Below are positions 39,401-47,749 of a DNA stretch of 64,000 bases, one piece after another. The stretch spans positions 31,863-95,862 of IMG/VR virus record IMGVR_UViG_3300028394_000053. One strand, written 5' to 3'. The notes beneath the pieces were generated by a model. It ran no database searches. It was not told the origin of the DNA and saw only the letters and a program-made list of their open reading frames with translations. This DNA is from a virus. The position numbers and the translations under genes are program-made. Each line of letters starts with the position of its first letter. The stretch's first letter is position 1.

Positions 39401-40568
39401 TAACGTCATGGCTGGTGGATTCCAATACGCCAACGGCAACCCAGTACAAGGATCGGGCGCACAAGGAACTACAGGCACACAAGGAACTGTTGGTGCACAA
39501 GGCACAACTGGCGCTCAAGGTACCACAGGAACTCAAGGTGCAACCGGTACCCAAGGCACAAACGGCACCCAAGGCACTACCGGAGCACAAGGCACTACCG
39601 GAGCACAAGGCACAGTTGGTAATCAAGGTAACCAAGGTAATCAAGGTACAACAGGTACCCAAGGAACTACTGGTGCTCAGGGAACTGTTGGTAACCAAGG
39701 CAATCAGGGCAATCAGGGCACAACAGGTACCCAAGGAACTACTGGTGCTCAGGGAACTGTTGGTAACCAAGGCAATCAGGGCAATCAGGGCAATCAAGGA
39801 ACAACAGGTACTCAAGGCGCCACGGGTAATCAAGGTAATCAAGGTAATCAAGGCACCACTGGTACACAAGGTAACGCTGGTACAAACGGCAATAATGGTA
39901 ATCAGGGCAATCAAGGTACCGTTGGTACCCAAGGTACTCAAGGTACCGTTGGTAACCAGGGCAATCAAGGAACTACTGGTAATCAAGGTAATCAAGGTAA
40001 TCAAGGACCAACTGGACCAAGTACAGCAATCAATGCCACAGCAGTCACCACTGGCACATTCTATCCTGTGTTTGTTTCTGGTGCTGGAACACAGGCCACT
40101 CCAAGTATACGAACTGCAGCCACAGCGTTCAGCTTCAATGCCGCAACCAATGTGCTTCAGGTTACAGCAACCACAGCACAATACGCCGACTTGGCAGAAT
40201 GTTATGCAGCCGATTTTGAGTATGCTCCTGGAACAGTATTGGTATTTGGCGGCGCAAACGAAGTCACAATCAGTACTACACTGAGTAATCCTGCTGTGGC
40301 TGGCGTGGTCAGTACAGAACCAGCTCACTTGATGAATACGTTTCAATCTGGTAAAAATATAGTGCCAGTTGCGTTGGTTGGTCGTGTGCCGTGTCAAGTC
40401 ACAGGCAATATAGCCAAAGGAGATCGTTTGGTAACTGGTGATATTCCCGGAGTGGCTGTACGATTAGATCCTTCCGTATATCAACCAGGATGCCTGATTG
40501 GTAAAGCCCTACAAGATTATGACAGCGAAACAGTTGGCATTATTGAAGTGGCAGTAGGCCGAGCATAA
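36492..40568 (+). CDS. long fibre protein with internal repeats, collagen region and C-terminal autocleaving-chaperone-like domain
   Basis: DLGNTTNRWRDLY; six 50-aa repeats; (GNQ/GTQ/GAQ)n; ADLAECY...PGTV...GVVSTEPA.LMN...VALVGRVPC...KGD.LV...IGKAL...IEVAVGR. Confidence 0.8.
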   Translation: MALTLDGTTGISATGNIYGNNIIGTLIQTNVATAGNVSAGGNVLAGNVSVSGNVTGAYILGNGALLSSIATTSIQNGTSNVAIATSGGNINVAVGGTAIAAFTTTGLIPAANITQDLGNTTNRWRDLYLNGNTIYLGNATISANATSIVLTNPDGGATVLSGTPGNSELTGATVSVIGNVTGNNIIAANTVSAVGNVTGGNINTGNNVSAGGNIYGGNISVTGSLVFASVTGTTISASGNITGGNLLTGGLISVTANVTAGNIITGGLVSVAGNVLAGTISASGNVNATSVNLSGLASVTGTVTAGNLITGGIVTATGNITSLGNIAAGNLRTDGSITAQGNIIGGNLLTGGLVSVAATVTGGNLATGGTASVGGNITGANILTGGLISATANITAGNLATGGTASVGGNITGANLLTGNNVSAGGNIYGGNISVTGSLVFASVTGTSISASGNITGGNVIFGAGVVSGTGNVFATNLTGTLQTASQTNITSVGTLGSLAVTANITGGNVIFGSGVVSGTGNVFATNLTGTLQTAAQTNITSVGTLGSLAVTANVTGGNILTGGLISAASNITGGNVIFGSGVVSGTGNVFATNLTGTLQTAAQTNITSVGTLGSLAVTANVTGGNILTGGLISAASNITGGNVRFGTGVVSGTGNVFATNLTGTLQTASQTNITSVGTLGSLSVTANVTAGNLTTNGIARIGTFDITSNSITSSNYTIVIDPNSPGSVDGEVIIQGNLVVNGNVTYINSNNITTNDLTINMANNAANATAANGGGIGVGPAGSEFISLTYSSTANTWVASNGMQVQGILSASGNITGGNISATAHTGTTVSVTANVTGGNVVFGTGVVSGTGNVFATNLTGTLQTASQTNITSVGTLGSLAVTANITGGNVLFGTGVVSGTGNITATNLTGTLQTASQTNITSVGTLGSLNVTANVTGGNVLFGSGVVTGTGNIIGGNIRTGGLVTVTGNVMAGGFQYANGNPVQGSGAQGTTGTQGTVGAQGTTGAQGTTGTQGATGTQGTNGTQGTTGAQGTTGAQGTVGNQGNQGNQGTTGTQGTTGAQGTVGNQGNQGNQGTTGTQGTTGAQGTVGNQGNQGNQGNQGTTGTQGATGNQGNQGNQGTTGTQGNAGTNGNNGNQGNQGTVGTQGTQGTVGNQGNQGTTGNQGNQGNQGPTGPSTAINATAVTTGTFYPVFVSGAGTQATPSIRTAATAFSFNAATNVLQVTATTAQYADLAECYAADFEYAPGTVLVFGGANEVTISTTLSNPAVAGVVSTEPAHLMNTFQSGKNIVPVALVGRVPCQVTGNIAKGDRLVTGDIPGVAVRLDPSVYQPGCLIGKALQDYDSETVGIIEVAVGRA
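38013..38420 (+). repeat. near-identical 201-nt tandem duplication within the fibre gene
   Basis: GGCAATGT unit starts recur at 38013, 38214 and 38415. Confidence 0.85.
39456..40020 (+). repeat. collagen-like Gly-X-Y repeats (GAQ/GTT/GNQ)
   Basis: Long uninterrupted G-X-Y run with GGTAATCAA tandem units. Confidence 0.9.
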
Positions 40569-40616
40569 AGAGACAAAAAATTTATACTATCATTTAGCTG
40601 TCATAAATGATAGTAT

Positions 40617-41621
40617 ATGAATCTCTCACAAACAATCAAAAAATCAGGCCTGGTAAAATCTGCTATTGAGCAAGGTGGTAGCATACATCCCTTAATTATT
40701 CCAGCCGAACTCACAAACGGAACTGGGCTGATGAATCCCAGCATTTACGTGGACAATGGTCAGTTGATATGTAATATACGACATGTAAATTATACCTTGT
40801 ATCATTCAGAAAATAAAAAATTTCAACACAGATATGGACCTTTACAGTATCTGCACCCAGAAAACGATCGTAATCTACGCACCTGGAACTTTTATTGTAC
40901 TGTCAATGACGATCTATCCTTGAATCAGATTACCACAATAGACACTTCAAAATTAGACGTAGATCCAATTTGGGAGTTTGTTGGGCTTGAAGATGGTAGA
41001 TTATTCCGTTGGGACAATAAACTATTCCTAAGTGGTGTGCGACGAGACACTACCACAAACGGTCAAGGCCGTATGGAACTCAGTGAACTCAATGTCAAAA
41101 CCAATGCAGTAAGAGAAATCAAACGCACACGGATGCCAGCGCCAGGTGCCAATGCTACCTATTGTGAAAAAAATTGGATGCCTATTATAGATCAGCCCTA
41201 TCACTATGTCAAATGGAGCAATCCCACAGAAGTAGTACGATTCAATCCCGAAGACGGCTCTACAACAACAGTGCATCTTGATCAAAGTAAATTTATATCC
41301 GGACAACCCGATTTCAGAGGCAGTAGCCACGTGATACCATACGGCGATCACTATCTGGCCTTGATACACGAAGTCAATCTGTTCAAGAGTGAGACTGGTG
41401 AAAAAGATGCAACCTATAAACACAGATTTTTAGTTTGGGATCGATCGTGGAACATCGTAAAATTCACAGATGCATTCAGTTTCATGAATGCCGATATTGA
41501 ATTTTGTTGTGGTGCTGCATTTTTCAAAGATGATTTATTATTGAGCTTTGGTTACCAAGATAACTGTGCGTTTATATTGAGAATGCCTAAAACTATGCTA
41601 ACAGAATACCTAGGAGTTTAA
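40617..41621 (+). CDS. five-bladed beta-propeller glycosidase/phosphorylase-like protein (GH43/GH130-like)
   Basis: NPSI, GLEDGRL, EKNWMP, RGSS, IEFCCG and SFGYQD motifs. Confidence 0.65.
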   Translation: MNLSQTIKKSGLVKSAIEQGGSIHPLIIPAELTNGTGLMNPSIYVDNGQLICNIRHVNYTLYHSENKKFQHRYGPLQYLHPENDRNLRTWNFYCTVNDDLSLNQITTIDTSKLDVDPIWEFVGLEDGRLFRWDNKLFLSGVRRDTTTNGQGRMELSELNVKTNAVREIKRTRMPAPGANATYCEKNWMPIIDQPYHYVKWSNPTEVVRFNPEDGSTTTVHLDQSKFISGQPDFRGSSHVIPYGDHYLALIHEVNLFKSETGEKDATYKHRFLVWDRSWNIVKFTDAFSFMNADIEFCCGAAFFKDDLLLSFGYQDNCAFILRMPKTMLTEYLGV

Positions 41622-41622
41622 C

Positions 41623-43497
41623 ATGCTGATCCAACGCCTACACGAATACATACAGAATTATAACTCGGCACAGGCCAATTTTAACCTGGGTCTCGAATAT
41701 GATTCAATTGGCCAAACTGGTGCCGCCATCAGTTTTTATCTACGCACAGCCGAACGATCACAAACCGATCTAGAACAATACGAAGCCTTGCTAAGAATGG
41801 CCTTGTGTTTTGAAAGACAAAAAACTCGAGACGACACAGAAAAAGTCATCCTACAAAAAGCCATCAGTCTCATGCCCAAAAGACCTGAAGCATACTTTTT
41901 ATTGAGTCGCTTGCACGAAGTCAAAAAAGAATGGCATGATTCTTACACCATGGCCAACATTGGTCTAAGTAATTGCGAGTTTGATTTGCCTCCGTTGACC
42001 ACAGATGTACAATATCCTGGATACTATGGACTGTTATTTGAAAAAGGTGTAGCTGCCTGGTGGGTAGGGCAGACCGAACAGTCCAGAGAAATCATGCATG
42101 ATCTAAAGTTCAGTTACCGGATGAGCGAAATGTTTTTAAATTCAGTCAACAGGAATCTTGGCAGCATTGGATGGCCCAATACTACAACACCGTATACAGC
42201 AGATAAACAATTGGACGCCAGGATACAGTTTGCTGGCATTGACGCCATTGAAAAGAATCATGCGCAAAGTTATCAAGACATGTTTGTATTGTCTGCTACT
42301 AACGGTAAACGTAACGGGCGTTACTTAGAAATTGGCAGTGCAGAACCTTTTAAAAACAACAACACGGCCTTGTTGGAAACTGCGTTTGGCTGGACCGGCG
42401 TTAGTATTGACATAAATCAAAAGGTAGTGACAGAATTTATGGAAAAACGTAACAATCTTGTGTTCTGTCTAGATGCCACCAAGGTTGATTATGCAAAATT
42501 CCTACTTACGCTAGGTTTTTCCGGAGATCTGGATTACCTACAAATTGATTGTGATCCGCCCACGTACTCGTTTGAAATACTAAAACGTATTCCATTTGAT
42601 CAATATAGATTTGCCGTGATCACGTTTGAACACGATTACTATGTTGACACTAAAATAAGAGATCAAGCAAGAGAATATTTACTATCAAAAGGTTATGTGT
42701 TAGCGGCTGGCGATATAGCCTACAATCATACACACAGTTACGAAGACTGGTGGATACATCCAGAATTGGTCAGTGCAGACGTACAGGCTCACTTGGTAGA
42801 CAGCACAGACGGATTGAAATTTGCTGGTGATTACATGTTCCCCACAACAGCCAAGCCAGTTAAACCGCCTGTGGTTGAAGTGATCAATCGACACCGGGTT
42901 GGGACTAGATCCACAACCAATATAGTCAATCCTGATTACATGAAAGGGTTCTGGGTAGTGGACAATTTCTATCAAGATCCGGATGCCATACGAGCATTTG
43001 CACTAAAGCAAGAATATGAACCCAGTGGACCTGGCAAGCCCTACATTGGTAGCAGAACCTACAAACAATTTTTATTCCCTGGACTCAAAGAAGAATTTGA
43101 ATATATTATGGGAGAGAAAATCACTGCCTGGGAATCACACGGCATGAATGGTCGATTCCAGTTCAACATCGAAGGTGAACCCTTGGTTTATCATGCGGAC
43201 ACACAAAAATGGGCTGCCATGTTGTATCTCACACCAGGTGCTCCACATGAATCGGGCACCATGACACACGCACTCAAAGGCACAGACATACGGCACCGCA
43301 GTCATCCTGAGTTTGGACGTTGTTTTAGGTCAGGAGCAAGAAATCTTGACAAGACGCCATTTGAAGATGTTGACATCATTGGCAATGTGTACAATCGCCT
43401 GTATATATTCAACGCTGGATACTTACACAGTGCCTGTGCGTACTTTGGATGGACTCCTGAAAATTCTCGCTTGTGGCAGATGTTCTTTTTTGATTAA
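41623..43497 (+). CDS. TPR + FkbM-like methyltransferase + 2OG-Fe(II) oxygenase-like (DUF6445-like) fusion
   Basis: TPR (P.RPEAYF); SYQDMFV...YLEIGS...NNT..LE..GW.G.SID...DYLQIDCD...ITFEHD...EDWW; VVDNFY.DPD.IR...HAD...YNRL..F...HS...R..QMFF. Confidence 0.75.
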   Translation: MLIQRLHEYIQNYNSAQANFNLGLEYDSIGQTGAAISFYLRTAERSQTDLEQYEALLRMALCFERQKTRDDTEKVILQKAISLMPKRPEAYFLLSRLHEVKKEWHDSYTMANIGLSNCEFDLPPLTTDVQYPGYYGLLFEKGVAAWWVGQTEQSREIMHDLKFSYRMSEMFLNSVNRNLGSIGWPNTTTPYTADKQLDARIQFAGIDAIEKNHAQSYQDMFVLSATNGKRNGRYLEIGSAEPFKNNNTALLETAFGWTGVSIDINQKVVTEFMEKRNNLVFCLDATKVDYAKFLLTLGFSGDLDYLQIDCDPPTYSFEILKRIPFDQYRFAVITFEHDYYVDTKIRDQAREYLLSKGYVLAAGDIAYNHTHSYEDWWIHPELVSADVQAHLVDSTDGLKFAGDYMFPTTAKPVKPPVVEVINRHRVGTRSTTNIVNPDYMKGFWVVDNFYQDPDAIRAFALKQEYEPSGPGKPYIGSRTYKQFLFPGLKEEFEYIMGEKITAWESHGMNGRFQFNIEGEPLVYHADTQKWAAMLYLTPGAPHESGTMTHALKGTDIRHRSHPEFGRCFRSGARNLDKTPFEDVDIIGNVYNRLYIFNAGYLHSACAYFGWTPENSRLWQMFFFD

Positions 43498-43516
43498 CTA
43501 ATAGACAGGTAAAATA

Positions 43517-44179
43517 ATGGACGCACGATTTCGCAAAGACTATCCGGGAGAATTTGTAATAACCAATTCACGTTGGGCTGGTGGAAAACGAGAAGAAACA
43601 AGAGAGTGGATCGCTAATCCAATTGAGAATCATCATATCAGTGGACGTGCTGCCTGCCTAGGACACACAGCAGAAAGACAATATTTTGACTACACACGAT
43701 TACAACATCATCGTGGCGGACTATTGGGATCAAAAAAATTACAAACTTATGGTGTAGGAGACGTGGCCTTGGAGATGCGATTGGATTTTGCTGTAGAAAC
43801 ACGTCGTGATAACTTGGCACAATTGGTTGAATCGGGATACGCAAAAGATAATATTGTGTACACTGATGCCAGGAATTGTATCGCCAATCCAGGAGAGTTT
43901 TATCTTATCCCACACAGACCAAAATTTCTTGACTTGGTCATGCTGATGTATCTTGCGGCCTTTGATGGACATCAAGAAATATTCATGCTAGGCTATCATC
44001 GAGATACCGAGGCCGGGCACCCGGGTTGGATTAATCAAGTTTGTGATGTGATGCGGTCATACCCTGGAACACAGTTTACGTTTGCTGGTGTGCCAAGTAA
44101 TGTGCCGGACGTCTGGTTAGACTTGCCTAATGCCAGAGCAATCAACTACCCAGACTTTATAGGCTACTGCGATATTTGA
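43517..44179 (+). CDS. hypothetical protein, possibly Rossmann-like glycosyltransferase-associated
   Basis: 220-aa ORF; LAAFDGHQEIFMLG resembles MptE/Maf-like domains (weak). Confidence 0.5.
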   Translation: MDARFRKDYPGEFVITNSRWAGGKREETREWIANPIENHHISGRAACLGHTAERQYFDYTRLQHHRGGLLGSKKLQTYGVGDVALEMRLDFAVETRRDNLAQLVESGYAKDNIVYTDARNCIANPGEFYLIPHRPKFLDLVMLMYLAAFDGHQEIFMLGYHRDTEAGHPGWINQVCDVMRSYPGTQFTFAGVPSNVPDVWLDLPNARAINYPDFIGYCDI

Positions 44180-44604
44180 ATCTGGGCTTCCATGGTATGG
44201 ATCTTGTCTTGCACTGCATCAAAATTCACAGTTGACCATAAGCCTGGATGCAACGGCTTAGGCCAACTGCCACTGGCAATCCATGCCCAGCCTTGATGTT
44301 CTTCATTTAAGACTGGAACAAATTCTCTATCCACGCTACAAAAAAATGTATGATAAGCAAAGCCTTGATCGGCTGTGGTAAACTTTTCCAATGGAACCAG
44401 TTTCAAATAATCAGGCATTGTGCCTAGTTCTTCGGTACATTCTCTTGTGATGGCCTGCATCAGGGTTTCGCCTGGCTCTACTCTACCACCGGGCAATCCC
44501 CAGGTATCGGGGTGCTTGGTATCATTCCGCATGAGATACAGGTAAGTGTTGGTAGCCACACTGTAAAACCAAATGCCCACGGCATTTACAATACCAGTGT
44601 CCAT
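44164..44604 (-). CDS. NUDIX hydrolase
   Basis: Nudix box GGRVEPGETLMQAITRECTEELG; LNEEH. Confidence 0.9.
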   Translation of the reverse strand: MDTGIVNAVGIWFYSVATNTYLYLMRNDTKHPDTWGLPGGRVEPGETLMQAITRECTEELGTMPDYLKLVPLEKFTTADQGFAYHTFFCSVDREFVPVLNEEHQGWAWIASGSWPKPLHPGLWSTVNFDAVQDKIHTMEAQIQISQ

Positions 44605-46010
44605 AGGCCTCCCTTGTATAGGCCTTGATAACTCTTGACCCAGGCTTCGCCAGTCCAGCGATATTGTAATTCTGTAGTTATGTTTGTGACATACTGATCG
44701 TTTGCAGGACTGCTAGTACTGTCAAACGTCACAATCCAGCGATAACCATCCCATTCTATAATGTCGTTGGCATTGGCAACCATGGGTTGTCCTTGATCCC
44801 CGGTCCAGGATTCAGCAGTTGTGCCATCCCATGAACCTGTTCCTTCGGTTAGGAGATATCGTGTAGGTCCCAGTCGGGTAAGTGTTGATACTAATATTGG
44901 TTCGGGCAGGCCAGCTCCGGGTCCACTGGCCAATGGATTGATTACTGCCTCAACTGGTGACAAGGTGTTGGCTGGAACAGTGTCAATGTTTACGTTCCAC
45001 AATAAAAATCTATCATCGCTTGGATCATAAGTCACAGTTCCAATCACATCTGTGCCATCTGGTTGTTCTAGACTTATGTAACTGATCCCAGGCCGTAATG
45101 TACCATATAAACCAACTACGGAATGCCACATGAGATTGCTGGCCGGACTGTCTGGCGGTGTTAAACTGGCATTAGATTCATCAATTACTTCAGGCTCACG
45201 CAGGACCTGTAGAGTATTGTTGATCAACAGTACCTGATAGTTAAATGGTGTAAACGCTTGTCGTGTGCCAAGCAATAGATCGTTGTCGGTGATAGCTAGG
45301 CTAGCATCACCGTTAGCATCATAGATGCTGGCTACAATACGTTCAACAACACCCAATTTCTTGACCTTGGCTGGACTAGATATCCACATGGGTAATCTAA
45401 AAGTCAGGGTAGCTATGTCAATGGCTGATTCGGTATTGCCTGCCCCAATGCTACGACTTGACCAATTGACGTCTTCTAAGTAAATCGTAGTTAAACTTGT
45501 CCAATCTATGTAGTTGTCAGTACTTTGTAATTCTAAACTGGGATTAAACAATACTAAAATTTGTTCTAGCAACTGCATTTTTTGATTGGTATTACTTGTC
45601 CACATGTCCAACTTTAAGGTCAGTTCAAACGGCACTGGCATTAGACGATCTATACTAAACGCATTGCCTTGAGTAGTTTCGTATGTGTCAGTCATGCTAT
45701 CATATGTTCTTTGCCGTACCGCTATAGTACTGACAAAGTTGGGTTCCTGGATCATGCTACGATTATATTTGAGATCAGTGATGTAAAAAGTCATTAATGG
45801 AGTACTGGGCAATTCGTTGGCACTGTTTTGTTGTATGATAGTTTGTGCTTGTCGACTGCTGTCACCATAACGAACTGGAACACGCACTAGGGTATCGTTT
45901 TTGCCTTCTTCGTTACGACCATACTCGACCTGGAAGTTACTAAAGATCCTGGCGAACTGCAACAAGAAACGACGTATTTGTTCGTCATAAAAAAATTGTG
46001 TAACTGCCAT
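44586..46010 (-). CDS. gp15: tail sheath stabiliser/terminator
   Basis: FFYDEQIRRF, VPVRYG, PVPFELTL.LD.WT, QLLEQIL.LFNP; extended C-terminus. Confidence 0.75.
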   Translation of the reverse strand: MAVTQFFYDEQIRRFLLQFARIFSNFQVEYGRNEEGKNDTLVRVPVRYGDSSRQAQTIIQQNSANELPSTPLMTFYITDLKYNRSMIQEPNFVSTIAVRQRTYDSMTDTYETTQGNAFSIDRLMPVPFELTLKLDMWTSNTNQKMQLLEQILVLFNPSLELQSTDNYIDWTSLTTIYLEDVNWSSRSIGAGNTESAIDIATLTFRLPMWISSPAKVKKLGVVERIVASIYDANGDASLAITDNDLLLGTRQAFTPFNYQVLLINNTLQVLREPEVIDESNASLTPPDSPASNLMWHSVVGLYGTLRPGISYISLEQPDGTDVIGTVTYDPSDDRFLLWNVNIDTVPANTLSPVEAVINPLASGPGAGLPEPILVSTLTRLGPTRYLLTEGTGSWDGTTAESWTGDQGQPMVANANDIIEWDGYRWIVTFDSTSSPANDQYVTNITTELQYRWTGEAWVKSYQGLYKGGLWTLVL

Positions 46011-46012
46011 GG

Positions 46013-47386
46013 TTATCCTGGTGGTCTTGGGTTGGGTGGGGTAATGTTGCCGCCTTGATCACCGTTATCAGCTAGAGGTTTGAGTATCTGGCTGAGACTT
46101 TGACGACTTGGAATATTACCCATGTCTGTGGTGCTCACTGTATATGTATTGTTCACGAAGCTGTTGCGTAAAGTTTCTGCGGCCGGTGCTAGATCAAGAT
46201 CAGTTCTTACTGCGGATTCTATGGCCACCCATCGACTACCATTGTAGCGGAATAGACGATTGGGCGAGTAGTCCAATCTCAACGCATAAGCACCAACTGT
46301 GGGATTAGGTGGAAAGCTCACACCCGGAACAACTGGCAATCCATTTGGTGGCAACAAGTACCCAGTCTCTGGATCGTATCCACCTGAGAGATAGCCCATG
46401 GTATAACCAAAACTGCTAGGACTAGTACCTTCGCCTTCGAGTGTGCTACTAGAAGATACAGATCCATCACTGGCCACAATGCCAACGCTGGCTGGATCAC
46501 CGTAGGGAGTAGTTGGTAATATGTAAAATTTTGTGGTATCGTATCCACTAAACGGAACATCCACCTGTGCCTGTGCCAACAAGGCATCGTTGATCTCCAG
46601 GTCTCGGGGTCTAGTACTCATACGATCGCCCACTGTGGCAGGATCGGTGATGGGAGTCCAGTAGGCAGTATCAGTCACAGGAGTGCCCGGAGGAACATTG
46701 CCCTTGGAAAGATAGTAGCTGTCGCCATCTAGCACAGTGAATCCCGCTGGATAAAAATTTCCTGGATCCCAGATATTGTCCGGCATAAAAGGTTTGTTGA
46801 CAATCTGTTGGAACTCTTGGGCATTGACCATTGGAGTGGCCTTCACACGCCATATGTGCGGCAACCAGGTCTGGCTGAATCCTTCAGTGGCATAAGACCC
46901 ATCCTGTATCACATAGTATTTGGGCAAAGGCAACGGTATGGTTGGATCTAGAGGATAGTAATCTTTAAGGTTGGGCAACTCTAGCACATCACCTGACATT
47001 AATTTACGACCAAACGCATCAATCATGTAGTTGTAATGGAACGTGATAAACAAGGTATCATTGTTCAAGAACAAGCCAAATTGTGTAAGATCAAAATCAA
47101 TATCTTGCTGTTGATAAACACCGCGCATGATATACACATCAGGATCATAGGCTCTATCTCTGTTTTCCAACAACAGCAAATCTTCAATAAACAACGGATT
47201 CACACTGTCGTACACTGGTAGCGTGGCATCGTTGTTTCCAGGATTCTCACTTTCATCCAAGATTGGGCCCAGATATTTGTGGACATAAACATCTACTCCA
47301 CCTACTGTGTACATCTCTTTGATAGTGCGATCAAAGAATTGATAGTCGTTGGTTCGATTGGGGCGATAAAGGCTCAGGCGTGGCAT
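46013..47386 (-). CDS. gp14: neck protein
   Basis: E.Y..GG.DVYVHKY, D..L.QFGL, GDVLELP; adjacent to gp15; true start MPRLSL at 47386. Confidence 0.6.
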   Translation of the reverse strand: MPRLSLYRPNRTNDYQFFDRTIKEMYTVGGVDVYVHKYLGPILDESENPGNNDATLPVYDSVNPLFIEDLLLLENRDRAYDPDVYIMRGVYQQQDIDFDLTQFGLFLNNDTLFITFHYNYMIDAFGRKLMSGDVLELPNLKDYYPLDPTIPLPLPKYYVIQDGSYATEGFSQTWLPHIWRVKATPMVNAQEFQQIVNKPFMPDNIWDPGNFYPAGFTVLDGDSYYLSKGNVPPGTPVTDTAYWTPITDPATVGDRMSTRPRDLEINDALLAQAQVDVPFSGYDTTKFYILPTTPYGDPASVGIVASDGSVSSSSTLEGEGTSPSSFGYTMGYLSGGYDPETGYLLPPNGLPVVPGVSFPPNPTVGAYALRLDYSPNRLFRYNGSRWVAIESAVRTDLDLAPAAETLRNSFVNNTYTVSTTDMGNIPSRQSLSQILKPLADNGDQGGNITPPNPRPPG

Positions 47387-47408
47387 AGTCAAGTATTTAC
47401 CGCAAAGT

Positions 47409-47437
47409 TTGACCAAAAACTCAAAACAGGATAAAAT
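47409..47437 (+). promoter_or_regulatory. sigma70-type promoter (leaderless gene)
   Basis: TTGACC, 17 nt spacer, TAAAAT; ATG 5 nt downstream. Confidence 0.7.
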
Positions 47438-47442
47438 ACTAT

Positions 47443-47697
47443 ATGGAACAGATACAAGAACGTTTGAAACAAGCAGAACGACAGATTGCCGGTGTACGAA
47501 GTCGAGTGGCCAGAAGAGATTTAGTTAAAATGCTCAAACCCATAACCACAGTGCTGAATCGACTGAGCCAGGAGAGTGTAGAATGTCGTAGGCTACATAG
47601 GGCCACTGCCCGCTACCAAACCCTGGAACAAGAAGCCGAAGACTTGGTAAAAAACCTGGAAAAATACTTGGTATTTGCCTGTTTGCTCGGCGGTTGA
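47443..47697 (+). CDS. hypothetical helical protein (early/middle)
   Basis: 84-aa ORF directly after a sigma70-type promoter. Confidence 0.65.
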   Translation: MEQIQERLKQAERQIAGVRSRVARRDLVKMLKPITTVLNRLSQESVECRRLHRATARYQTLEQEAEDLVKNLEKYLVFACLLGG

Positions 47698-47722
47698 CTA
47701 CAAAAGAACCCAGTGTTATAAT
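47694..47722 (+). promoter_or_regulatory. strong sigma70-type promoter
   Basis: TTGACT, 17 nt spacer, TATAAT with extended -10 TGn. Confidence 0.8.
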
Positions 47723-47749
47723 TAACAATCATGATATCAAGGACATCCA

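Noticed and set aside
28621-40397. Many antisense and alternate-frame ORFs over the fibre genes
   Set aside because: Shadow ORFs caused by repetitive, biased codon use on the coding strand.
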